A stretch of DNA of 64,000 nt, taken from positions 1 through 64,000 of the forward strand of contig RHPI01003599.1 in the NCBI GenBank assembly GCA_009103225.1, written 5' to 3'. The translations under genes were made by a program, and so were the position numbers. The stretch comes from Chlorokybus atmophyticus. Lineage: Eukaryota; Plantae; Mesostigma and Chlorokybus algae. Positions 1 to 11,299 of the stretch are shown here, one piece after another (the first letter of the stretch is position 1; every line of letters starts with the position of its first letter). The notes beneath the pieces were generated by a model. It was not told where the DNA came from, searched no databases, and saw nothing but the letters and a program-made list of their open reading frames with translations.

Positions 1-83
1 CCTAACCCTAACCCTAACCCTAACCCTAACCCTAACCCTAACCCTAACCCTAACCCTAACCCTAACCCTAACCCTAACCCTAA
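1..83. repeat. Terminal telomere tract (CCCTAA)n, TTAGGG type
   Basis: About 14 perfect CCCTAA units from base 1, C-rich on the + strand as expected at the left end of a chromosome. Confidence 0.97.
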
Positions 84-351
84 TCAACGGATTTAGGGTT
101 TGCGGCAGTTCCGCCACTACCCGTACTTATGTGTGTGAGCTGTTACATGCTTGTCCTGCGTCATCCCACCTTAGGCCCGGCGGATGACGGGGACTAAACT
201 CCCCGAAACCGGTACTGGGCGGTGGGCTTGAAGGTAAGTGTGTAATAGAGCTCATGCTTAGCATACTAGCAATTTGCTAGTATTTTTACAAGTTGTCCAC
301 AAAAACATTCCGAAAAAACAAGTGTTTACATTACCCATTACCGTATTCAAT
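84..351 (+). mobile_element. Putative 3' fragment (pLTR-like) of a telomere-associated Penelope-like retroelement, or a non-autonomous derivative
   Basis: Unique 268-bp segment bounded by telomeric repeats on both sides. It contains a hammerhead-like fold (175-220) and a consensus splice donor AAG|GTAAGT (231-239). No RT coding sequence was seen. Confidence 0.4.
175..220 (+). ncRNA. Minimal type-I hammerhead ribozyme-like motif (core variant)
   Basis: Stem I GCCCGG(175-180)/CUGGGC(215-220). Core CGGAUGA(181-187). Stem II GGGGA(189-193)/UCCCC(200-204). GAA(205-207), then A208-CCGG-U213 (palindromic ACCGGU), with a GUA cleavage triplet at 212-214. Deviations from consensus: U4 is G, and there is an extra C188 after A9. 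Confidence 0.55.
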
Positions 352-378
352 CCTAACCCTAACCCTAACCCTAACCCC
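352..378. repeat. Internal telomeric tract (~4.5 CCCTAA units)
   Basis: cctaaccctaaccctaaccctaacccc, same orientation as the terminal tract. Confidence 0.92.
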
Positions 379-2905
379 AAACACCCTGATGGTGCCTTTT
401 GCAATTACTGTGCGCCCTGCAGCCCATCTATGAGAAACGTGGCCGTTTAGGACTGTGACATGCATAAGCAATGTGGTGGCTCATGTTGTGCTGTGCATAT
501 GGGCCAATACGGCATCAACCAAGCCCTGTAAGCGCATGAGCAATGCAGGTATACAACGTTGGGAAGTCATACGTTGCAAATTGCAAAGGTGTCCGCTTTA
601 TGTGTATTATGTGTTGTGTCGAGATAGGTGGACCGACGTTGCATACCCTGCAAGTCTTGCAACACCCATGACTAGCGTGCTCTCGGCTCCTGCAAGCCTT
701 GCTCCCACAACTGATCAATGTCACATACAATCTGATAGAAAAACACACTATATACACACAGCATGCAGTATGGGCATGCACCCATTCATCCATCCTGCTT
801 ATTTATATTTTGATTGATTACATACCCAACTACTACATGGCAATCATTCCACTCCGCTAGTTGTGCATGACTAGCAGTGTCATTATATGTTGTGACGTTC
901 AAGCTTTGAAGTAACAAGAGCTTCACAGAACAATTATTGTGTATGTACGTTTGTTCATACTGTTGACATAAAGTGTGTCTTACTGGCCAATCTGATATGT
1001 ACTTGTATTGGAACACATTGAGCACTATGTGAGCACTGCATGAGTTCATGCAGTGCCATCTTATGATGTACTACGGATATCAGCCCGGACTGGATACTTG
1101 GAGTAGATATTTGCATTAGGATAGGAGTATTCTCCTGTATGGGGCTGCCTAGGGTATATAGGCCGTGGCACGACCGCCATTAAATTAAACTCTCACTTGT
1201 AGCCCTTTACACTTGCACTTACAAGGTTTGAGGTCTCCCTGGTGCTGTGTGCGACTTGTAGGTTGTGCTTGCATATGCATGTATAGAGCTGTTTGCTCTG
1301 TAGGATAATGAAGGTGTATGCACAACTCCTCTCTGATGACAGACTGGCAGCAGTCCTGCCAACAAATAGAGTAAACCCAATTATCTGACATTGTGCGTGA
1401 TATGCCTAATATGTTGTCACATTGATGGAGACGTGTATCATACGCATAATGCGCCGAGCCACATCCCATGCGTGATGGGTTCACAATCATGTCGACAACT
1501 TTGATTTGAGTAATGGCATCATCAGTACTTTGAGAAGGGACCAACAAACTATGTAGTCCCCCAAGCTTGGTATGAGCCAGCAGTCACTAAACAAGCTCCT
1601 TAACCAAGGATGCATGTGAACAAGCACACAGAAGTCATGCAAGGCGTTCGTGCGTGGTTAAAGATTGGCTAAGTAATGCAAGTTCACGTGCTGCAAGCAC
1701 TCGACAAACGGGTGCTAATGAATGCAAAACAAGTGCTAAGGCGGCTATGCAAGGCATGCAAAAAATTGTGTTATGTAGAGGGTGGTGAATTACACAGGCA
1801 ACCGCGCCACAGTGTCAACAGTATTGCGCAAGAGAAAGAGGCAAAACACTCAAGTGCACACAAAGGCAAAAGAGATGGGTACACAACAAGAGGGTGCACG
1901 TGTCAACTTCTTACAAGTTGTATGCTCACATAAGGCAGCATGCATGCACGCGGTTCGCCCAAGCTAATGGTGACTTTTGGAAGTTTGCGGAGTAACGCCG
2001 CCGCTTCCGCGCTAGTCCACTTACTCGCAACTTATTTACTCGACCGCCTTCTTAAATTTACTTAGAGAAGATGTCGATGTCGGCCACCGCCACCACTCTC
2101 GCATATCATTGCTGACACGTGAGGAGGTGTCGATGGGTCTTGGCACGCTGTCCGTCACCTTGTGAACCAATTCAACCGATCCTGCTAGTGGGAGCGCACC
2201 AGGGGTGCGAGGGGGAAGTGCGTGTCGAGTGTCAACAGCGTGACAGGCAATTTGCCTTACGGTACTTGCAAATCACAACTACCATGTGCAATGTGACATG
2301 TATATAAATTTTAAATAGCTTAAGTTTTTCCCTACATAGCCATAACCCTTTTTGGCCCATTATTCTGCAAAATACGGCGCGCCAAAGTTGGGGTGTGAGG
2401 GGTGTCCGCCCTCAAATGAACCACCCTTAGCTTGATGACTCACAAAACGCCCGTCGGTTCTTCTGGGTGAAAGCTCGTATCCGCGTGAAATTACGTAAAA
2501 TAAGTTTTTTATGATCGTACACATGTAATGTAAAAACACCACTCCATTCAATCGTCACATGACCAAGTTACAACGTGCCCAACTTTGAGGCAATCACACC
2601 CGTTCTTGACCTAAAACCAAACATTTTGTTTAATCCATAACTCCCCGCCTACCAAGCCGTTTGCCTACGTTCAAGGCTCTACGGACAGGTATTGCAGAGG
2701 CTTCCTACATCCGAAAGTTTGGCCGCGAAAGGACGATTACCCTAGCAGATATATCGGCAATCAACCCCTATACGGTATAGGGGCTATACCGCAAGTTAGG
2801 GCCCATTCCCAAGTTAGGGCAGTTTACCCTAGTTTTTGAAAACCCTGCCGCTTCGAGCCTATCCGCGGCACCTGGGCGGCAGCAGCGGCGGCGGCGGGCG
2901 GGTGG

Positions 2906-4688
2906 ATGGCGGTGACGGCGGCGGCGGCAGCGACGGCGGCCGGACGACTCAGGTCAGAGTGTTGTACATTTGCCGCGTTGTTGCCCTCCTCACCGCCGCC
3001 GCCGCCGCCGTCCTCGCCGTCGCCATCGGCTTCGTCGCCGTTGTTGTCTTCATCGTTGTCGCCGCGCAGCGCCGCCGCAGCCACATTACAGGGCCGAGCG
3101 GACGGGCGATGGACAGGCTACGGCCATCTTCAGCCGACAATCAGGTGCGCCTCTGCCTTAGCCGCAATGCAGCCCTATTGCCCCGTTTTTGTTTTGTTGT
3201 TGTTGTTGTTGTTCAGTGGCTGTGTTGTCTTCCAGGGGTAGGGCGAGGTTGAGGGTAGGCGCGGCGGCGGGGTGGGCGGCGAGGGCGTCGCTGTCGGGCG
3301 GGTTGGTAGGGCCGGCAGGGAAGCTGCCGTCAAGGGGCTGGAGGGGGCGCGCTCTCTGCTCTATAGCCAGGGATGTCAAGGGGGGGTAAGCTCGAATTGC
3401 ATGTCTTGCCAATTCAAGATTGCACACACACTGCACTTGCATTCAGTGTGTGCAATTGTTCTTCCTAGCAGCGTTAGCAGCAGCAGTGCTAGTGGGGGTT
3501 TGGGTGCGGGAGAAGGGGAGGGAGCAGCAGCAGCAGCCGGCGCGGCTTCATCATCATCATCATCATCATCGTCATCATCATCACCATCCGCACCGTCATT
3601 TGAGCGGGTGGGGAGGGACACGGAGCGAACTCTTCGCACGCGGGTTGTGTATGGGATCGCGATCGGCGTGAGTGCGGGGGCGACGCTGTTGGGGGGGTCT
3701 GGTGCGCTTGCGGTGGCGTTGAGCGGGATCGTCTGGCAGGGCGCGAGGGAGTACCTGCAGCTGATCAATGCGAAGAAGGTGCTGCGCGGGGCCCCGCCGC
3801 TGCCACCTTTCGCGTCCGATCTCGCACGCGCGTGCGCCGCCGCCCTCCCAACCCTCACGTGGCTCAGCGGCGGCCGCCTCGGGGCCTGCATGGCCCTCGC
3901 TACCTTTGCCGTGCTCATGGCCGTGCTGCTCCAACCGCCCGGTGTGGACACGCCTCCGCCGGCCTTCAGCCAGTTCTCCTCGGCCGTATTTGGGATGTTC
4001 TACTGCGCGTACTTGCCGTCATTGTGGGTCAAGCTCAGGGCGTTGGCCGTACCCGCGGGACCCCCGCCCGCGTGGTGGCCCCTCGCACCCACCTCGTGGA
4101 CCGTCGGGCTCGTGTCCACGCTCGTGGGCTTCGCGTGCGTCATCGGCGCCGACAGTGGGGCGTACCTTGGTGGGAGAGTGTGGGGCCGCACGCCTCTTTC
4201 TGCCATCTCACCCAACAAGACCGTGGAGGGCGCCGCTTTCGGGGCCGCCACCTCCGTGGGCGTGGCGCTCTTTGGCCGCGCGCTCCTCGGCTGGCCCGCC
4301 TCCCCCGTCTACGCAGCCGGACTCGCGCTGGTCATCTTTGCGGCAGCGCTCTGCGGCGACCTCATTGAGAGCCTCCTCAAGCGGGACGCAGGGGTCAAGG
4401 ATTCGGGGACGCTCATCCCGGGCCACGGTAAGCGCGTGGTTTGCGTGGGTGAGCAGGTGTGCAGTGTTTTGGAGCGTCCCTGCATAGGCAAGCGTGCATT
4501 TATGTGGATTTATGTGCGCTTGTGTGGAGTTGCTGTTGCAATGTCGCAGTGAGCAGCATTGTTGACACAACAACTCCTTGCGTTGTGCGTGTGCAGGTGG
4601 TGTCCTCGACCGAGTAGATAGCTACGTCTTCACAGGGGCGCTCGTCTACTTTGTGGTAAAAAGGGTGCTGCCGTTTTTTGGCGCGTAG
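2906..4688 (+). CDS. cdsA: Plastid-type phosphatidate cytidylyltransferase (CDP-diacylglycerol synthase, CDS4/5-like)
   Basis: Exons ~2906-3144, 3236-3385, 3469-4427, 4597-4688 join in phase across GT-AG introns. Motifs DSGAYLGG, SPNKTVEGA and [32 protein letters not shown]. Ala/Ser/Arg-rich transit-like N-terminus. Confidence 0.93.
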
Positions 4689-5792
4689 CAGGTCCTAGTT
4701 GGTTATAATCAAGCCAGCTGTCCACGCCGCCTGCTCTACTACTGGCAGAGCAAAGAGCTGCCACCTGCGGGGTGCAGCACGAGGTTGAGCCTAACCCGGG
4801 GTGAGGGCGTGGGAGGGTAAGGGGTGAGGGAATTGGAAACGAGAGAGAGAGAGAGAGACAGAGCTTGCTGGAGGCAGGTTGACACTCTCGCTCTCTCTAG
4901 CTGCAGGTCCTCCTTCTCGCTACCATCCTTATTGCCAAGTTAGCAACCGTGTATCTAGGCTTGTTACCTGTATGTAGGTGTGCAGTAGGTGTGAACTGAC
5001 GATATATGACATGATATGGCCCAGCCGATGCTTAGCATAAAACTTTCGTTCACCACAACGTCCACCTTTCATTACACTACAACCATCATGCAAAGTGCAG
5101 GCATATCCTGCCAGATGTCGGAGAGCCAGTACATCTTTCAGCTGTATACTTACCCCACAATTTCTACCGTACGAGCTTTGCCATGTCCTGACACCGACAA
5201 GCACATATACGAGGCAGCTAACTAGAGCATATGTCAAGGACATGCTGCCTGTTGTGCGGTGATGGCCACTAACATGCATGTCTAGCGGGGACGTAAAGGG
5301 TAGTGGCGCGTGTTAGGTAGCAACAAGCAGAAGATACTGGCCCGGTGGTGGCATATGATCATGCTTGCATGCTGTTTGTGTGTGCGCTTGTGCTTCTGCA
5401 TAATGCATGTACGAAACTACCTCGATCATATCATGTACAGTTGTGCAAACCATGCTTGCACCATGATAGCCTGTAGTACAACTGGATGGTACAACATATG
5501 CAAGTGGCAGTATGCAATGGACTGCATGGGTGACAGTTGCAGAACACAGCAGCGGATAGTGGTCGAAGTTCAGTTTGCCTAGAGATAGCCTAATGGATGC
5601 AGACATGACGAGCCAAGTGCACTTGCCAGCACAGTAACACAACAATGGTCGTATGGACAGCAACCGCAGCATCATTATCAACATGTTGTCAACCGCGTCC
5701 CACCCCAAATAATGACCGCAAACCTGACTTCATGCACCCCAAACCCTCCACACAACTTTCTACTGTCGTGCAATCCCTGTCATCGTCAGACC

Positions 5793-8700
5793 TCAGACGC
5801 AGGGCACCACGCGAATAACAGCGCACTGCTGCTCAACATTGTACATGGTGACCACCAGCTGTCCCGGCTTAACCAGGCCCACACTCTTGGCATATTGGAT
5901 GGCGTCGTCCACGCACGCTTTGGCAGCCGCGGGGGGTGGCAGGTGCTCAGATTTGCCAGTAACCACAACGGGTATGAGGCCGCGGGTCAGCAGGCACTGC
6001 CTTGCAACCTGATGGCCGCTGAGGTCTCGCTGCTTAAAGCCGATGTCGTCACGGGCGCGGCCTCGCGGCACCACACCCACCACAACCGGACAAGATGGCC
6101 TGTACTTGGCGATCAGCCGCGCAGCGTTGCCACTGGCTGCGAGTACTACAATCAGTTGGGCATTGATCATGGACGCGCATGACACCGCCGACGACGCCAG
6201 CGCCTCAATCACCGGCATGGCGCCTTTCCTGTTGGTTGTAGACGACCGCAGCATAGCCTGCGAACACATTGTATGCAAACGCTCATCCTTCAGGCAGTAA
6301 ATTCAACACAGTACCCTCTGTGCAGCAAACGACACATGCATTTGTTTTGAGATTGCAAGACAACAGCGACTGACCTGTGCAAGTGCCTGGTTGTCAATGG
6401 ACTTTTCAGACTCCTCACAGATGCTGGCCATAATCTGGACTGCTTCTTTGGGATAGCCACCTGCAGCAGTCTCACCCGACAACATGACGCAATCGGTGCC
6501 GTCCAGCACCGCGTTGGCCACATCTGTTGCCTCAGCCCTGTACAACCAGTGTTTTTGGTTCTGTACAGGCAATCTGCATGCACAGTGCAGAGTGGCCGCA
6601 TACCACGCAGCAATGACGTTACACGTGCATCGCATGCACACACGCCAACTTTCATGCTGTACGTTAACAAGCAATTTTCCAACAGGACTTGCCTTGTTGG
6701 TCTGGGATTCTTAATCATGGACTCCAGCATCTGAGTGGCTGTAATGACAGGCTTTCCAGCAATGTTGCACTTGTGGATGATGACCTTCTGAATATGGAAC
6801 ATCTTTTCCAAAGGAACCTCCATCCCCAAGTCGCCTCGGGCCACCATGATGGCGTCTGATGCCTCGATGATGGGGTCAATGTTCCTCAACCCCTCCTGAT
6901 TTTCGACTTTGGAAATGAGGCGAATGCCTCGCCCCGCATGTCCAAGGGCACCCCTATCACGTTTAGCATCAGCAGGCATGTCACACGTCAACTGTACTCA
7001 CTGCCTTGCAAACACTTTGCATGTTACCCCCACAATGCACGAACCCGCAATACAGAAGTTCCAGACAATGCCCACACCATGTGTCTTACTGACCTAACAC
7101 GGTGCACATCCGCTGCGCATCGCACGAACGAAATCGCAACAAAGTCCACGTCATTCTTGACACCCCACATCAAGTCCTCCTCGTCCTTTTGTGTCAAAAT
7201 GGGGAGATCAACATCCACGCCAGGCAAGTTGCAGTTCTTCCTCTCGCCAATTGTCGCGGTGTTCAAACACAGACATTTTGCACTTCCCGACATGATGTCG
7301 GTCTCCAAAACCTGGCAACAGTAATGAGCATGCTGTGTAGCTGGACAGAAAAGTTGACACCTGCCAACATGTGGCTGTATATATATACCTGCAGGATCAA
7401 AGACCCGTCAGCAATGAGGACCTTGTCTCCTGGTTTGCACAGCGCCGGCATCTGATGATAGGTGATTGCAATAGTGGCGTCGTCGCCAAGGACGGTGTAG
7501 TCTGTGGTCACGGTGACCGTGCTGCCCTCCGTGTACGTTGCGGGCCCGCCACCCTTCAACATACCTGTCCTGATCTCCGGGCCTTTGGTGTCCAACAACA
7601 CACCGCAAAGCTGGCCAGTGAGCTCACATGCCTGACACACAAATCCACCATACGTGGCATCTATCAGTACCATCCCAGTGACAATTGCTGACGTTGAGAG
7701 GCTGCATGCTAATGCATTGTGCCAAGAACCATTCGTTTCCAAGTGTGCCACTGTCAGCCACTGTAAGCATGCCTAGAGTACCAACCCAGCTGCCATGCAC
7801 GCACCATTGAAGGTTCTACTGCTGCGGCATACCTACAACTGAGTCACATGCACAACGTAGCCATGTGACCGAGCGTAATTACAACCAGAATGCACACCTG
7901 TCGCAGGTTTTCCAGGGTTTCCGAGTGGTACTCGTGCGATCCATGAGAGAAATTGAATCGTGCAACGCCCATGCCAGCTCTCAAGAGCTCAACAATCTGC
8001 TCCACCGTGCGTGAGGACGGCCCCAGAGTGCAAACAATGTGCGTCTGTTTTGAGTAGATACGCTTGGGTTTGACAAGAGGAGGAGCAACAGCAACAGGTT
8101 CCAAATCGATTGGATCTGCCGTGTCCAGAAAACTCAGATCCTGGAGGTAAACAAGACACATTGTGTCATGTTCTGCGTTGTTGAAAGCTGCATGAAAAGT
8201 ACAACCTCTATGCATGTGCCTGCGCATGCATGCCGGGTTTTCTTGTTTATCAATTAATCACCTGGTGCACGTTGCCTGGTTGGATGAGTGTGCATGGTGC
8301 AGGAAGAGTGGCGGTGAGATGCGCCTCATAATTCTTGTTGCTGCCATTGCCCCCGGACCCGTTGCCGTTATTGCTGCTGTTGCTTTTGCCCTTGCCCTTG
8401 CCCTTGCTGATACTGGTGGTGCTGGTGCTGGTGCTGCTGCTGCTGTTCCCTTGCTCCCGCTCCCCAACCCCCAAACGGCTGTACTGCTTCACCTGCTTCA
8501 CGTCCCGCACAAGAGGAGATTACACAAAGGCTTGAACAGACAAAAGACAAGACAGCAAGCAGCATCATCACAGCATGTACCTGGCCGGTTGCGGTAGCGC
8601 CGTCGCCATCGCCGGCTGCGGCACTTGCTGAGGTGCGTCTTGTCCTCCTCCTGCTGCTGCTGCTTGAGGAGGACGAAGAGCAGCATGAAGAAGCTGCAAA

Positions 8701-8883
8701 ATTCACTGTCTGGACATCTCTTGTGGAGGCTATTCCAGCAAAATCACCACGGAGAACGCTCGACACCCTCGCAAGGCGCAAAGCCTGAGGCTGGGCCGCT
8801 GCCGCAGGAGAGCTCCTGCCCCGAAGCCCAACTCCCGCCGCAGCAGGTAGCTCAAAGACAGCCGTCGCAGCGCTCACCGCCAT
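5793..8883 (-). CDS. PYK: Pyruvate kinase (cytosolic-class core with a long N-terminal extension)
   Basis: Multi-exon. Motifs [48 protein letters not shown] and [41 protein letters not shown]. Stop at 5793. The start (ATG 8883) and exon 2 (8492-8262) are less certain. Confidence 0.93.
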
Positions 8884-10856
8884 GACGGACGACGGCAACC
8901 CCCGCTCTGCCTCCTGCTCCTGCTCCTCCTCCTCCTCCTCCTTCGCCGCCGCCGCCCAGCGCAACAATGCTGCCCCTACGCTGGCCACGGATGCCTATGA
9001 GCCAGACGAGCTGGTGGGGGTTGCGGATATCCGCTGGCGGGTGGCATGCAGCGCGTATGCCATATCAGCCAGCGCTGGCACCCGCGGCGCGGGGGCGATA
9101 TCGCTTTTTCGATGTTTTTCAGCCTCCACTCTGCTGCTGCGCTGCGGGCGACCAACGCGAGCCGTGCGTTTTGTCGCTGATGGGGAATGCATTGCGAGTA
9201 AAGTTGTGACTCGCCATTTGTGAGGGTCGTGAACTGCTCGAGACATCATGACACCTAATGGTGCTGTGTTTAGGCAATAGAGTTCATGACTTGGCGTTGC
9301 TAGCTTTTGCAACTTGTTGATGAGCATCAACCAACTTGGAGTCTCCAGATTGGAGAACGTGTGGCTATAGTGCGTCATAACCCATGTTGCGTACCTTGAC
9401 GGAATGACGTATAGAATGAATGCTCATGATCATGGCTATACACCTTGGATTCATTGACTATGTATTACTTCTATTTACTATTATGTTGTATGCTATTAGT
9501 TCATTCAACATGACTTTATAAGCACGCGCAAGTATGACCTTGATATAATGTATATGGTAACATGCGCATGCAGATCATAATGTACATGACCTTACGCTAA
9601 TGCTACGTAAGCATGTCGCGTGTGAATGGTTACTGAATTCACACGTGATTGCCCATTCCTTTTTTAGCCTGCCAAACGGCATGATAATACTAAGCTATAA
9701 GTAAATATGTGAGCATACCGTATATGTGGGTGTGGATTGTGTGGCACTTCGTATACAAAAGCAGGGCGAAGCTACGCGGCCGCTACAATTGAACATTTAT
9801 GTTTGCAATGTACGTCCTGTTTAAGATGGGCAACGGGAGCTCAACCTCAAGCAACAAAGCGTGCGAGCGAAAGCTATGCTGATCGGATAATGTTTCATGC
9901 TACAAGCTTATCGGAAAGATGTACACATCTAACATGTGCGATTTGCACAGCTAAAGTGTGCGGTTCAATTGTGCACAAGTCAGTCCCCCCCCCCCNCACA
10001 AGTCACCCCCCCCCCCCCTCTCTTTGCCTTTTCATTTCGTCCTCACACATTGGGCTTACAAACCAGCACGACCTTCACTGACAATAATAATTTAACCTGA
10101 CATTACATATCCTGTTGTTGTGGTAAAAACATTTACCACGTATGCACATGTGTGCCCATGGTGATGTGTATACATATGCGCAGGTGCATATACACACGCG
10201 TATGCACACTGTGTGCCCACACATTGTCTTTGATCAGCCAACGATATGCGACATGATGTGTGCATATGCGTTGCACGCTTGCAATTGCATGTGTATGCGT
10301 TCAACATGTTGAGCCTATATCGCTACCCACGTGCTTGCTCTTATCACGGTCACTACATGCAAGCTCTCTCAAACTTGCGCCTATCACATCAATGCACACA
10401 TGCATCATTTTAGTTGAGCTTGAGACATGCGATTGGAGTGCTATGTACATGTCTAGCACGTATTTACACCTCACCGCAACACGTTGAGTGCAAAGCTTAT
10501 TGAGAGTCGCGATGCCCCTCTGTGTAACACACGGCCCTGTGGGCAGGTGATTACATGTGCATGCGCATGCGCCTGCGCATGCTTGCATGCCATACCCTGT
10601 TAACCAGTGGCTAATATGGTAGTAGGGGTAGTGTAGTGTATTATTTTGAGAAGATGAGCCTGGTGGTGACTCACAGGTTCGGAACCTTACATGATGTAAA
10701 TATTGTGCGCCATGTCACTATGCATGCGATTTGCTATGCATGTCACTATTCATGTGACATCATTGCGCATTGTTTGTACATGAACTCATGAGACTTGTGT
10801 ACACTTGTGCGTGTCTGCGGGTGTGATTTCGTGCGCAAAAGTGCGAAACACTTAGA

Positions 10857-10858
<2 letters not shown>

Positions 10859-10945
<87 letters not shown>

Positions 10946-10953
10946 NGAGAGAG
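10859..10953. repeat. (GA)n microsatellite
   Basis: Uninterrupted GA run of ~95 bp containing one N. Confidence 0.97.
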
Positions 10954-11299
10954 GTGAGCTGATCCGCATAAGTCCAAGTGAGGGAGGCGTCATGCAACAT
11001 GTTAGGTTACTGGGTGATACGTTTACCTGTGCATGGCATGCGACAGCAGGCAGCGTATAGACGCCTTGTGGCTCACTGCGACCATGCTCGAGCCCCCATT
11101 GAGTGACTGAGCCATACCACTTTATAGATTGAGAACAACAATGTATTTGTTACTGAGCACATGCTGCACGCTTGAGTCAAACTCAACGAGTGCCATTTGG
11201 CATGCAGCAGCTTATCTGCATGACACATTGTAAACGCAGGGGGAACAATTTTTGCAAAGTTGCTGTTGCTGCTATTGTTGCCGACAGCAGGCTGAACTG

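Noticed and set aside
84-378. Telomerase RNA gene (structured sequence next to CCCTAA repeats)
   Set aside because: The internal tract has ~4.5 repeats rather than a ~1.5-repeat template, and I saw no USE/TATA Pol III promoter. A relic chromosome end explains it better.
1333-1365. Second hammerhead (CTGATGA followed by a small stem)
   Set aside because: No GAAA after the stem and no stem I or III. Other CTGATGA hits (~7452, ~25423, ~42682, ~61502) fail in the same way.
2765-2832. Helitron 3' end (19-bp palindrome CCCCTATACGGTATAGGGG with nearby CTAG)
   Set aside because: Spacing to CTAG is ~45 nt on + and ~19 nt on - without the following T, and no 5' TC end was identified. It may simply be promoter sequence with site-II and telo-like motifs.
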